From a virus (Duplodnaviria > Heunggongvirae > Uroviricota > Caudoviricetes), in the IMG/VR virus record IMGVR_UViG_3300028920_000902, positions 12,298 to 76,297 of that record: DNA of 64,000 nucleotides. One strand, given 5' to 3'. Within the stretch, counting starts at the first letter, position 1, and every line of letters starts with the position of its first letter. A program made the translations under genes and the position numbers. The notes beneath the pieces were generated by a model that did no database searches, was not told the origin of the DNA, and worked only from the letters and a program-made list of their open reading frames with translations. Shown piece after piece: positions 27,375 through 35,999 of this stretch.

Positions 27375-28007
27375 TCATTTCACCATGTCGGTGAGCAGGT
27401 CGTTGAGATCGTCCCGTGTCGCATACAGTGCCGCATCCCATGCCGCATCCCGTGCCGCATCCCTCGCCGCATCCCGTGTCGCATACCATGCCGCATCCCG
27501 TGCCACATACAGTGCCGCATCCCGTGCCACATCCCATGCCACATCCCATGCCGCATCCCATGCCGCATACCACGCCGCATCCCTCGCCCCACTCCGTGCT
27601 GTTGCCAGCTCGTCATCGGTGATATCACCGCGTATCCACGCACGTTTTGCGTCGATAGCGTGCCACGAGCGCTCGTCCGCGACACCGGCAGCACCGATTA
27701 GTTGCTCGGCGACCTGACATGCGAACTCGTGGAGCACGTTGGTTACGTCGGTGGCGGAGAGAACGGTGCGGTTACGACACACCAACTTGTCGGTGTCCTC
27801 CTCGACAACCCCCCCCACCTCAACCTCGCAGAGGATGCAACCCGGAGCGTAGTGCAACGCATCGAGTACCCGCCGTGATGCGTGCAGCCCGGAGTGGCAC
27901 ATCTTCACGAATCCCTTGTGGTGATAGGTTTTGCCGACCTTCAGCTTCTGCCCGTCACGGAGCAGGCGGTTGTCTGCCACGAAGTGCCACGCACGAATCT
28001 TGGTCAT
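27375..28007 (-). CDS. hypothetical protein with C-terminal (D-A-A-W/R)n tetrapeptide tandem repeats
   Basis: AAGGAG RBS 7 nt before the ATG. ~15 repeats of DAAW/DAAR/DVAW encoded by 12-bp DNA repeats. Confidence 0.65.
   Translation of the reverse strand: MTKIRAWHFVADNRLLRDGQKLKVGKTYHHKGFVKMCHSGLHASRRVLDALHYAPGCILCEVEVGGVVEEDTDKLVCRNRTVLSATDVTNVLHEFACQVAEQLIGAAGVADERSWHAIDAKRAWIRGDITDDELATARSGARDAAWYAAWDAAWDVAWDVARDAALYVARDAAWYATRDAARDAARDAAWDAALYATRDDLNDLLTDMVK
27409..27592 (-). repeat. 12-bp tandem repeat (gccgcatcccgt-like units) within a coding region
   Basis: Direct DNA periodicity over ~180 nt. Confidence 0.85.
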
Positions 28008-28027
28008 GGTGTTGCTCCTTTGTTTGT

Positions 28028-28046
28028 GGTTGCGCAGTGCTAGCGC
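28028..28046 (-). promoter_or_regulatory. intergenic motif GGTTGCGCAGTGCTAGCGC (family 2), copy 1
   Basis: Near-identical at 29768-29786 and 30771-30787; degenerate copies at 29476-29494 and 26934-26945. Always just upstream of - strand early genes. Confidence 0.45.
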
Positions 28047-28071
28047 TCATTCCGTAGGTCACAGAGATACA

Positions 28072-28455
28072 TCATTTGGTGTCTCCCTCCTCTACGGGGT
28101 CATGGTTGAACGGCTCCTCGGAACGCTCGTATCCGTAATCCCGCATCACCTCCCGCTCCGGTTCCCCTGCCCGTATCCGCTCAAGGGCTACAGATAGCCA
28201 GTGCTGGGTGATTTTGTCACACCCCGCTGCGGGAGCAGTCAGGGCGGAGCGGAGTCGCTTGAGATACCCGAGCGCGGTTTCGCATAGGGTTGTCGGTGGT
28301 GTGATACAGTTCTCGATTGCGTCAAGACATCGTGCTACCTCCACAGAATCTAGCGAATCGAGACGAGTTACCGACACGACATCTCGAATGGCTATTGCTC
28401 GTCCGGGGTAGGCCAGGTTCAGAGATTGATTAGCACACTCAATTATGATTCTCAT
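28072..28455 (-). CDS. hypothetical early protein (127 aa)
   Basis: Co-directional; overlaps the neighbouring gene by 4 nt. Confidence 0.45.
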   Translation of the reverse strand: MRIIIECANQSLNLAYPGRAIAIRDVVSVTRLDSLDSVEVARCLDAIENCITPPTTLCETALGYLKRLRSALTAPAAGCDKITQHWLSVALERIRAGEPEREVMRDYGYERSEEPFNHDPVEEGDTK

Positions 28456-28667
28456 TTGGTTTCTATTACCCTATCAATAACCAAGTTAAAATTGAGTACG
28501 GTTAGCATGAAGCTCCAGCCGTATTTACTGCCGGGTGGTTGGTAGTCAGGCTTAAGCTGCCAGTCTACCCCGAGGAAGATGATATATCCCCCGTGGCTCC
28601 AGAACCGGAAACACCACCCGTTGGTGAAATAGACCTTGGCAAAGAGTATTGATCGTAGTAATTTCAT
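28452..28667 (-). CDS. hypothetical early protein (71 aa)
   Basis: ATGA overlap with the upstream gene. Confidence 0.4.
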   Translation of the reverse strand: MKLLRSILFAKVYFTNGWCFRFWSHGGYIIFLGVDWQLKPDYQPPGSKYGWSFMLTVLNFNLVIDRVIETK

Positions 28668-29014
28668 TCTGCCTCTATGTCCTCACAAAGGGCATCGCCC
28701 TTGGTTTTGTATGGATTCCCAACGCTGCGCATGTCGCTACACGGCGTTAGGCCGCACATATGTTCGCTGTGCCATGCACACTTGGCCCCTCTGGCGTTCC
28801 ACAGGTGGCAGCGGTCGTGTGTCTTTGCTGCGAGATACCCGCGCTCATACTCTGCGGCCAACAGGGCCACAAAATCAGCCTCTGCTTGACTGGAGATGGG
28901 GTGCCCAGAGGGACATTTGTCTTCGTGGTACATGGTATGTCTACTCCTGTGGCGGGGTGGTATTATCAAGGCGTGAGGCGTGTACACCAAGCATAAACCC
29001 AAACATAAGTCCAA
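28664..29014 (-). CDS. Cys/His-rich hypothetical early protein (start may be the internal ATG at 28933)
   Basis: CPSGHP...CHLWNARGAKCAWHSEHMCGLTPC metal-binding-like pattern; GGAG upstream of the internal Met. Confidence 0.45.
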   Translation of the reverse strand: MDLCLGLCLVYTPHALIIPPRHRSRHTMYHEDKCPSGHPISSQAEADFVALLAAEYERGYLAAKTHDRCHLWNARGAKCAWHSEHMCGLTPCSDMRSVGNPYKTKGDALCEDIEAE

Positions 29015-29075
29015 ATATTATGCCAGAAACGCACGACCAACAAACCACACACGCCTGATACCTTTCTGCATGTGT

Positions 29076-29203
29076 CACGGTAATTCTCCCGTTGATGTGT
29101 CTGGGTGTCCCACACAGCCAGGGCCATCACCGGAAGTTGATACCCACTCGTAACAATTTGGGCATAAGACGATCTCTTCTTCAAAGTACGCCTCTGCGTC
29201 CAT
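29076..29203 (-). CDS. 42 aa zinc-ribbon-like peptide (alternative to the 84 aa ORF 28966..29220)
   Basis: MDAEAYFEEEIVLCPNCYEWVSTSGDGPGCVGHPD; more protein-like than the overlapping W/R-rich frame. Confidence 0.3.
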
Positions 29204-29247
29204 GTCATAATCAAACCCACACGATGGACAGAGTATTTTTATGTGTC

Positions 29248-29448
29248 TCACTGTTCGTTTACCTGGAAGGGCTCATTGGTGCCGCTGATGGGCTCCTGTG
29301 ACAGTTCAAACCGTGCCCCACAGAATACGCAGTGGTGTGCTGAGGCTATTACCCAGTTGCCGCACTCTGAGCATGTGTGTTCAAGGCCAACGACTTCTGG
29401 ATTACCATCAATTGATGGTCCGAACGAGTGCTTAATCTTGTGTGTCAT
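29248..29448 (-). CDS. zinc-ribbon early protein (66 aa)
   Basis: CSECGN...CVFCG motif; AAAGGA RBS. Confidence 0.5.
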   Translation of the reverse strand: MTHKIKHSFGPSIDGNPEVVGLEHTCSECGNWVIASAHHCVFCGARFELSQEPISGTNEPFQVNEQ

Positions 29449-29476
29449 GCTGTTATCCTTTCGCTTGTGGTGTTTG

Positions 29477-29692
29477 CTACTCAGCGTAGCGCTCCGCGTG
29501 AGCGGCCAGTATAGAATCCTGCACAGTTACATCGAGTCTATTCCAGAGCGAGTCCGGGCAGGAGGTAATCAGCGAGGAGTGGTTGTAAGCCCAAGTACGG
29601 CAATCATCGAGGGGAGTAGTGGGTAGCTGGTTGGCAATGCCGTGCCACAGGGATGCGAACAGGTAGGAGTGGATGAGGAGGAGTCGTATCAT
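29477..29692 (-). CDS. hypothetical early protein (71 aa)
   Basis: AAAGGAG RBS 9 nt upstream. Confidence 0.5.
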   Translation of the reverse strand: MIRLLLIHSYLFASLWHGIANQLPTTPLDDCRTWAYNHSSLITSCPDSLWNRLDVTVQDSILAAHAERYAE

Positions 29693-29751
29693 TGTGTTGG
29701 CTCCTTTGAGGTGGTGTATTCTGCAATGTATCTATTTATCGTTATCCCGTC

Positions 29752-29786
29752 AACCACAATATATGGTGGTTGCGCAGTGCTAACGC
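29752..29786 (-). promoter_or_regulatory. inverted repeat AACCAC-N8-GTGGTT fused to GGTTGCGCAGTGCTAACGC (family 2), copy 2
   Basis: ~70 nt upstream of the gene starting at 29692; same composite as 30747-30787. Confidence 0.45.
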
Positions 29787-29917
29787 TCCTCAACGGAGTT
29801 GAGGAGGATGAAGGTATAATACTCCCACCTCTGTTTAGCAATATCCATACGTCCTCTGTTGATAGCGTTCCAGTATGCGTTGAGGGCATCGGAGAGCATA
29901 CGCTGCGTGGTGGTCAT
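29780..29917 (-). CDS. 45 aa hypothetical protein
   Basis: MTTTQRMLSDALNAYWNAINRGRMDIAKQRWEYYTFILLNSVEER; GAGGA RBS 7 nt upstream; ends right at the regulatory motif. Confidence 0.35.
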   Translation of the reverse strand: MTTTQRMLSDALNAYWNAINRGRMDIAKQRWEYYTFILLNSVEER

Positions 29918-29942
29918 GGTTGGTCCTCTGTTGGTGGTGTGT

Positions 29943-30197
29943 CTACTGCTCCGTGGTAACTGTATTGTACATCGGATCGGCAAAGCCGCATGTTGCTTTT
30001 CCAACACAGTTTCGAGTATGATAGCACTTTCCGAACTGTGGACAAATGCCTTGGTCTTGAATCTTCTTCGTGTGTCTCGTACGTTTGAACCACTGAGTAT
30101 ATGACCCGTACACCTCATCTTTAGGCACTGTGCGACGATAGGCCATATATTCGTCAAATACCGCCTGTGCACCAGCCCAATCTCGTGCATTCGTCAT
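29943..30197 (-). CDS. Cys-rich hypothetical early protein (84 aa)
   Basis: CPQFGKCYHTRNCVGKATCG; GGGGAAAA RBS. Confidence 0.5.
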   Translation of the reverse strand: MTNARDWAGAQAVFDEYMAYRRTVPKDEVYGSYTQWFKRTRHTKKIQDQGICPQFGKCYHTRNCVGKATCGFADPMYNTVTTEQ

Positions 30198-30205
30198 TTT
30201 TTCCC

Positions 30206-30412
30206 CTATACGATGGCGTAAATTGTTTTCTCGGCAGCCTTGGCAAAGTGGCGCTCTGCGGCCCCGAGGTTGGTGCAGCGGGTCACGAACACAACCGAAC
30301 CGGTGTCATCGTCAACCATGCGAACGCCGTAGGGGTACTGCTCGTTGTCGTTCTCGAAGATTTCCAAGGTCACGCCGTTTTCGTCATGCTTGCTCTTTAT
30401 CGTCCGTGCCAT
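30206..30412 (-). CDS. hypothetical early protein (68 aa from internal Met)
   Basis: AAAGGAG RBS 8 nt upstream of MARTIKSKHD. Confidence 0.45.
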   Translation of the reverse strand: MARTIKSKHDENGVTLEIFENDNEQYPYGVRMVDDDTGSVVFVTRCTNLGAAERHFAKAAEKTIYAIV

Positions 30413-30486
30413 GTCTCCCGCTCCTTTGTTTGGTGTGGTGGTTAGGCTGTGGTGGTTAGGCAATTCCCAATCGCCGCTCGACAATC

Positions 30487-30690
30487 TCAAGAGCAGAACT
30501 CGTAATAGACAGGGTAGTGGTGTTTGAATATGGCTTCACGCACCGCCTGCGGGATACAATCATATCCGGCGCGAGAAATAAAATGTATTGATGGGACACA
30601 GTCATACAAACAATAATATGCCAAATAGCCAATCTTGGTATTTTCTACAAACCTGTGCCGAACGTCTACCTTCCAGTCACCCATGATCAT
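30487..30690 (-). CDS. hypothetical early protein (67 aa)
   Basis: AAAGGA RBS; first gene after the divergent control region. Confidence 0.5.
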   Translation of the reverse strand: MIMGDWKVDVRHRFVENTKIGYLAYYCLYDCVPSIHFISRAGYDCIPQAVREAIFKHHYPVYYEFCS

Positions 30691-30746
30691 ACCAAATCCT
30701 TTTGTTAAGTGGTAAGCCCTAATGTAGTCAACAATCTGTCTTGTGC

Positions 30747-30787
30747 AACCACAAGATATAGTGGTTTTAGTTGCGCAGTGCTAGCGC
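30747..30787 (-). promoter_or_regulatory. inverted repeat AACCACAAGATATAGTGGTT plus TTGCGCAGTGCTAGCGC (family 2), copy 3, in divergent intergenic region
   Basis: Lies between the - gene start at 30690 and the + gene start at 30791. Confidence 0.45.
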
Positions 30788-30790
30788 CCG

Positions 30791-30979
30791 TTGCGTAGCA
30801 ACGCCAAAGGATGTATACTTATAGACATGGACACACAGGAGCTAAACAGGTTGGCAGAATACGCCCTTCAGCGGGTTGTGAGGTGTCCCGAGTGTGGCAA
30901 GCGGCCCAAATGGATATCCGTGGGCACGCACAAGCCAATATACTACTGTGAGGAGCATGGAGCGTGGAGATATGACTAG
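30791..30979 (+). CDS. zinc-ribbon protein (62 aa)
   Basis: CPECGKRPKW...YYCEEHG. Confidence 0.45.
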   Translation: MRSNAKGCILIDMDTQELNRLAEYALQRVVRCPECGKRPKWISVGTHKPIYYCEEHGAWRYD

Positions 30980-31529
30980 CACGGACTCACACGATATTGA
31001 CCCAGCCACAGCGGCAGCGCCCCGCAACGCAGTTGCGGCAGAGACTACACCAATAAAGAAACACCCCGGTGGTAGACCTACACTATACACAGACACACTA
31101 GCCAAGAGCCTAATGGAACAGGTAGCAAGCTCGCCTGACTCCATTGACACGATATGCGCCAATCACCATATCACACCAAGTACGTTCTGGTTGTGGGTGA
31201 AGGACAATCAAAAGTTTTCGGAGATGTTCAACCATGCGCGATCCGCAAGGTCACACACGCTGGTCCATTCAGACCATGCCAAGCTCCAGGAGCTAGAGAT
31301 CAAGGCAGAAATGGCCTCAAATGAGGAATTAAGGCGCATTGACCTGCAATCACGCATACACAGGATACGTATAGGGCGCAATCAGTGGATGGCTGAGCGC
31401 ATGAATCCACGCCAGTACGCCCCACAGCAGCATGTAGACGTCACCCAGAGGGCGCTCAACGTACACCTGCACGCTGACACACCAGAGGATGTGCAAGACA
31501 TGGCGAGCAGGCTAGAGGAGCTTAGGTAG
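30972..31529 (+). CDS. terminase small subunit-like HTH protein (Terminase_2-like)
   Basis: GGRPTLYTDTLAKSLMEQVASSPDSIDTICANHHITPSTFWLWVKDNQKFSEMFNHARS matches the TerS/HTH pattern; GGAG RBS. Confidence 0.55.
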   Translation: MTSTDSHDIDPATAAAPRNAVAAETTPIKKHPGGRPTLYTDTLAKSLMEQVASSPDSIDTICANHHITPSTFWLWVKDNQKFSEMFNHARSARSHTLVHSDHAKLQELEIKAEMASNEELRRIDLQSRIHRIRIGRNQWMAERMNPRQYAPQQHVDVTQRALNVHLHADTPEDVQDMASRLEELR

Positions 31530-31787
31530 GCAACACGAACGTACTCTATTAAGCGCTTAACGTGTCAGTACCGGCAGTGATTGTAGACTGTGCCCACTCC
31601 ATACGGGCACGCAAAGGGCAGTCAAGAGCTCCAGATGGCGCATAATTAACTATTATGTAAACTAACACGGTGTCAACCTGTAGGCAACACCCCCCCCAAT
31701 AGGCAAGGGGCGGCATACCCCCATACCTCTTGATGTATTATATATCTCTTGTCAGATTCTACGGCGCATTTTCCAGAAAGGGTTGCA

Positions 31788-32414
31788 ATGCCCACCCGGA
31801 TACAGTATATTGTGGGTATGACACATTCCGACCCCAACCAGTTGCACATGGACACTTGTGTTGTGTGTGGTGCTCTGTTTGAGCAACCAGTGCAGTCTGG
31901 CAGTAAGAAGATATACTGTACCAAGAAATGTGGTGACCGTGCTCGTCTTCGTAGGCACCGTTTGCGGGTGGCTGGCAGGCTTCCCATAGAGACGGATACG
32001 GCGCAGGTGTTCAAATTCAGCTATATGTATGCATCACACAAGAAAAACGCCACCCGGCGTGGTATTTCTTGGAATATTTCTAAGCCAGAGTGGATTCGGT
32101 GGAACGAGGTAACCCCGCAGGTGTGTGAATATTGCGGAATGACTCCCGAGACACAGGCCGCAATGACCTCGTATATGATTGACTACCGCAAGAAACATGG
32201 TACTACGCGCTGGATGAGCCGCTGCCCACAGGAAACACTGCGCCTTACAATAGACAGGAAGGACAATGCCGCAGGATACACCTTAGACAACATTGTTCGG
32301 GCGTGCTGGTTTTGTAACAACCTTAAGGGTGCCATGATTTCCTATGAGCATATGAAGGAGATTGCTCCCCGAGCTATAGCTGAGTACCAAGCAGTCATCT
32401 ACGATTCCGAATAA
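31788..32414 (+). CDS. HNH endonuclease with N-terminal zinc ribbon
   Basis: DRKDNAAGYTLDNIVRACWFCNNLKG is a canonical HNH motif; CVVCG...CTKKCG zinc ribbon. Confidence 0.75.
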   Translation: MPTRIQYIVGMTHSDPNQLHMDTCVVCGALFEQPVQSGSKKIYCTKKCGDRARLRRHRLRVAGRLPIETDTAQVFKFSYMYASHKKNATRRGISWNISKPEWIRWNEVTPQVCEYCGMTPETQAAMTSYMIDYRKKHGTTRWMSRCPQETLRLTIDRKDNAAGYTLDNIVRACWFCNNLKGAMISYEHMKEIAPRAIAEYQAVIYDSE

Positions 32415-32501
32415 TTCCTGCCCAATTACCCGTTGCACAATCCCCAAATCTGGCCCAAGATGTTCAGAAATACGGGAAGACACACTTTCTGCAATCTTCA
32501 G

Positions 32502-32530
32502 TTGCACATGGCGGTGAATAGTAGTATATT
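32502..32530 (+). promoter_or_regulatory. sigma70-like promoter TTGCAC-N17-TATATT
   Basis: Exact spacing; ~18 nt upstream of the GTG start at 32548, so a very short leader. Confidence 0.5.
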
Positions 32531-32547
32531 GCACAACGCAGGGTGGG

Positions 32548-32787
32548 GTGACGGGAGCGAAAGAGTACGACTACACGGTATCTGTCTCAGTTGGTGATGG
32601 CTACACGGTGAAGACATATTACTTCTCATCGCGGACGGGAAACTACAGTATCGAGTTCTTGGCTGGGGTCATTCAGGGCGCTACGGATTTGCGTCTTGTG
32701 TCTCCACGTGTTGAGCGGCAACTCACATCTGCCAACAAGTGCAAACGGAAACCGGCGAAGGCGCGCTCGGCATCCGCTGTGCGCTAG
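32548..32787 (+). CDS. hypothetical protein (79 aa)
   Basis: GTG start downstream of the promoter. Confidence 0.4.
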   Translation: MTGAKEYDYTVSVSVGDGYTVKTYYFSSRTGNYSIEFLAGVIQGATDLRLVSPRVERQLTSANKCKRKPAKARSASAVR

Positions 32788-32830
32788 ACGTTGTGGTAAA
32801 TTGTCAACCTCTTTTGAATTGTAGGCGGCG

Positions 32831-33028
32831 GTGAAAGAATACGGACGTAGACAGAAGATGCGGCACAACTGGTGTTCAAAGGGGTTTGGCTTTGTCAAAA
32901 AGCCTCTTCGGTGGTGGTATGAATCTGAGTGTGCTGCCCCGAGAAGCGTGATGAATAAACGGGCGAGAAGGGAAGCCGCCGCCGAAATAGCGGAAGAGCT
33001 TGCCAACTCCAGCACCCAACTCCGGTAG
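32831..33028 (+). CDS. hypothetical basic protein (65 aa)
   Basis: ORF followed by a T-run (33091-33097) after a weak hairpin. Confidence 0.35.
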   Translation: MKEYGRRQKMRHNWCSKGFGFVKKPLRWWYESECAAPRSVMNKRARREAAAEIAEELANSSTQLR

Positions 33029-33110
33029 TGCGTAAGGCAAACGCGGGTAGTGAAAGGTGGCGAAAATGGGGCGTTTTGTCGGGAAAACACTTTTTTTCTG
33101 CAGAAAGTAG

Positions 33111-33139
33111 TTGCACATGGCGTTGCAGAATGCTATATT
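33111..33139 (+). promoter_or_regulatory. sigma70-like promoter TTGCAC-N17-TATATT (near-duplicate of 32502)
   Basis: The shared extended sequence TTGCAcATGGCG places this in the same promoter family as 32502 and 22002. Confidence 0.5.
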
Positions 33140-33290
33140 GCAGAAGTGCGCCATAGCAGAGGTGACTAGTGGTGAGCGTCGGGGCGGATCAGCGGCGGGC
33201 CAGGTGCGAGGCCCGTTCCCGCTCCGCGCCACCCAAACCGAACGGAGAGATAACCCCAGAGAGGGAACACGCATAGCAGAGGAGTGAGGC

Positions 33291-33494
33291 ATGGCGAGGA
33301 AGCTGAAGGTGGGCGACATCGTAGTGGTGGATAGTGGCCATGTAGACATGGGCCATGTCTACGGTCTGATTGGTGAAGTAATGACGTACCACACCGACGG
33401 CAAAAGCTTCCCAATCAGGGTTTATCTCGGCAAATGCGTGTACGAGTATTTCGAGCCTGACGAACTCTACCGGCTGGGCTCTGTCAACGACTAG
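33291..33494 (+). CDS. hypothetical protein (67 aa)
   Basis: GGAG RBS; preceded by a ~150 nt GC-rich leader. Confidence 0.45.
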   Translation: MARKLKVGDIVVVDSGHVDMGHVYGLIGEVMTYHTDGKSFPIRVYLGKCVYEYFEPDELYRLGSVND

Positions 33495-33507
33495 CACGGA
33501 GTGAAAC

Positions 33508-33831
33508 ATGGACACACCGAGAGGGCGGGTGCTGCGTGACATTGAGAGGTTTGAGGGTGGTGTGAATTGGGGCAACTGTTCGCCAGACACCAACGCTGCA
33601 TGGTACAGACTTCGTGCCGCCCTCACCGAGCCGCAGGGGTGTGAGGGGAAGTGGCGATACCATGTCGAAGTAATTGACGGCTTCCAGTACAACATATACG
33701 AAAAGCTAACGGAGAAGGTGAACAGCTTTCTTGCTTCTCACGATGTGGTACAAGTGGCAACTGGCTGTGAACGTGGCCGCCCAACGTATTCGATTGTGTA
33801 TCGCACCCCCGAGGAGGGAGAGAACGTATGA
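33508..33831 (+). CDS. hypothetical protein (107 aa)
   Basis: Co-directional compact gene. Confidence 0.45.
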   Translation: MDTPRGRVLRDIERFEGGVNWGNCSPDTNAAWYRLRAALTEPQGCEGKWRYHVEVIDGFQYNIYEKLTEKVNSFLASHDVVQVATGCERGRPTYSIVYRTPEEGENV

Positions 33832-34148
33832 GTGAACTAAAACCGTGCCCGTTTTGTGGCCAGCCAGCGAGGGATGTCCCGTGTGCATTACCCAACGATT
33901 GTACAAAATCAGTACCGGGGGCGTGTTGTAACAACCCCAAGTGTGGCATATGTGGTATGCGTATGACGATCGCAGAGTGGAACCACCGCACCCCAGACAC
34001 AGCACCTACGGGGGAGATGCAGAGAGAGAAGGTATACGACATTCTCAGCGACTTTGCAGACATGGCACACCACGAGGGGCGCGTCTATCTGGATGCTGCC
34101 GTAGATCAGGTGATGGCCACTCTCAACCCTACCGAACAGGGAGACTGA
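33828..34148 (+). CDS. Lar-family-like zinc-finger protein (possible restriction alleviation)
   Basis: N-terminal KPCPFCGQ plus second Cys cluster CGICG; ATGA overlap. Confidence 0.5.
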   Translation: MSELKPCPFCGQPARDVPCALPNDCTKSVPGACCNNPKCGICGMRMTIAEWNHRTPDTAPTGEMQREKVYDILSDFADMAHHEGRVYLDAAVDQVMATLNPTEQGD

Positions 34149-34259
34149 CACCAGCCGTCCCCGGCCCTGTGTGTGTGGATTGGGCTCCAGACCTCCGGGC
34201 TGCGGGGCGGCACTGAAGGGAGCACTAGATACGTTGGTTGAAACTACGCCGGGAGGCGA

Positions 34260-34493
34260 ATGATGAGTGAAGACATTGGTGTTGCGATGATGGTGGAGCG
34301 TTTGGGCAATGAGGTTGGCCGTCTCGCGGATGCTGTGGAGAAAATGGTGGTAGCTCCCGGCTCCACACCAACCAACAGCGCTATGGTGCCATGCCCTTGG
34401 TATCAACGCGGGGCGCATTGTCACTACACCGACGAATGGTTTCCGTCGCATTGCGATTTTCATTGTAAGCTACAACGGGTACAGCACCAGTAG
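34260..34493 (+). CDS. hypothetical protein (77 aa)
   Basis: ORF only. Confidence 0.35.
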   Translation: MMSEDIGVAMMVERLGNEVGRLADAVEKMVVAPGSTPTNSAMVPCPWYQRGAHCHYTDEWFPSHCDFHCKLQRVQHQ

Positions 34494-34538
34494 CGCAGAA
34501 CGTTGTGCGCAATGGCCCACGGGCCGGGGAGGGGGAGA

Positions 34539-34964
34539 ATGACACACGGGGTTGCTTATTACAAACCGTCTGGTCTGTGGGTGGCACGGTGCCGAACAAC
34601 GTCGTTGAGTAAGCACATTGGGTACTATGACACCCGAGAGCAGGCTGCACAGGCGTACAATGCGTATGTGAGCGAGAACGGGTTGGACAAGCCGCTGAAT
34701 GAGGGTATTCCTTGTACGTGGCCCCCGAGGCATGGCGAAAAGCGGGTTCCGGCAAGCAAGTACCGTGGAGTGTCCAAGCGCCCGAACGGGTGGATGGCGC
34801 TGTTGACCGTTACCGAAACGGTGGATGACAAAAAAAGGACAGTAAGGCACTTTTTGGGTGACTTTGCGGACGAAATTAGCGCAGCAAAGGCCTACAATGA
34901 GGCGTGTGACAATCACGGTGTACCGGAGAGGAAGAATGAAATCATCGAAACTACCGTGGAATAA
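34539..34964 (+). CDS. tandem AP2-domain DNA-binding protein
   Basis: Two AP2-like units (HGVAYYKPSGLWVAR...REQAAQAYNAY and YRGVSKRPNGWMALL...ISAAKAYNEA); GGGGAGGGGGAG RBS. Confidence 0.7.
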   Translation: MTHGVAYYKPSGLWVARCRTTSLSKHIGYYDTREQAAQAYNAYVSENGLDKPLNEGIPCTWPPRHGEKRVPASKYRGVSKRPNGWMALLTVTETVDDKKRTVRHFLGDFADEISAAKAYNEACDNHGVPERKNEIIETTVE

Positions 34965-35784
34965 CCATGTGGTTGTATCGGATCTCCACGCCGGGAGCAA
35001 GCTGGGACTCTGCCCCCCCGACGGATGGCAATTGGATGAGGGCGGATATTACAAACCGTCGAAGGTGCAGAAAAAACTGTGGTCGTGGTGGGAGGAATTT
35101 TGGGGAGAATGGGTGCCGATGGTGATGCACGGAGAGCCGTTTGTGGTGATTTTGAACGGGGACGCACGAGACGGGTCACATCACGGCACATCGAGCACCA
35201 TAACAAACAGCGATGAAGACCAAAATGCCCTTGTTGAGAAGATTTTGACCCCCATTGTGGAACTCTGTGAGGGTCGTTTTTATTATGTGCGCGGAACCGA
35301 GGCTCACGCAGGCGAATCCGGGCAGCATGAGGAATCAATTGCCCGCTCGCTGGGGGCAATTCCGAACGAAATAGGTCAACATGCCCGATTTGAGCTGTAT
35401 CTGCGCTGCGGGCAGAAAAAGGGGGAGGGGTTGGTGCATTACACCCACCATGTGGGGACAACCAGCTCGTCGGCCTATGAGAGTACGGCGGTGTACAAGG
35501 AGTTGGTGGAGGCGTTTGTGGAAGCTGGCCGATGGGGCGACGAAACCCCGCAGGTTGTTGTGAGAAGTCACCGCCACAGGGGATTTGAGATACGAATTCC
35601 AACCCAACACGGGTACGGCATTTCCACGGTGACCCCCGGCTGGCAACTGAAGACGCCATTTGTTCACAAGCTTGGCATGAAGCAGGCCCGTCCGCAGATG
35701 GGTGGGTGCGTTGTGAGGCAGGGTGACGAGGAATTGCACACCAGAAGTCGCGTGTGGTCAATAGAGCGCCCCAAGGAGGGATGA
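34936..35784 (+). CDS. calcineurin-like metallophosphoesterase
   Basis: VVVSDLHAG and ILNGDARDGSHHG motifs; GGAGAGGAAG RBS. Confidence 0.65.
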   Translation: MKSSKLPWNNHVVVSDLHAGSKLGLCPPDGWQLDEGGYYKPSKVQKKLWSWWEEFWGEWVPMVMHGEPFVVILNGDARDGSHHGTSSTITNSDEDQNALVEKILTPIVELCEGRFYYVRGTEAHAGESGQHEESIARSLGAIPNEIGQHARFELYLRCGQKKGEGLVHYTHHVGTTSSSAYESTAVYKELVEAFVEAGRWGDETPQVVVRSHRHRGFEIRIPTQHGYGISTVTPGWQLKTPFVHKLGMKQARPQMGGCVVRQGDEELHTRSRVWSIERPKEG

Positions 35785-35999
35785 TGGCCAAGATTCAGTA
35801 TGATGAATGGGCGGCAGCTCTTGAGGAGGATGTGCCCAAGAGATATGAGCCGTGGAGCGACGAAGAGTGTAAATTTGTGTACGAGGCGTTCAAAAACGGC
35901 TACAGCGCACGGCAAATCTACAACGCAATGGGTGGGCGCCGCACCATATCTGCCATTTATCAGGCACGGAACAGGTATCCCAACAGGGGCAAGGAATGA
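35784..35999 (+). CDS. hypothetical protein (71 aa)
   Basis: AAGGAGGG RBS. Confidence 0.4.
   Translation: MAKIQYDEWAAALEEDVPKRYEPWSDEECKFVYEAFKNGYSARQIYNAMGGRRTISAIYQARNRYPNRGKE

Noticed and set aside
28966-29220. 84 aa - strand ORF (W/R-rich)
   Set aside because: The composition is not protein-like. An overlapping 42 aa zinc-ribbon-like frame (29076-29203) fits the Cys-rich neighbours better. Both remain uncertain.
29689-29889. 66 aa - strand ORF (S/T/P-rich)
   Set aside because: It overlaps the conserved intergenic regulatory element at 29752-29786. A more protein-like 45 aa ORF with a GAGGA RBS (29780-29917) occupies the other frame.
31530-31787. Possible tRNA or other RNA gene in the 260 nt gap between the TerS-like and HNH genes
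   Set aside because: No tRNA-like T-loop (GTTCRA) or acceptor-stem pairing was found. The region probably holds the HNH gene promoter (A/T-rich TATATA at ~31745).
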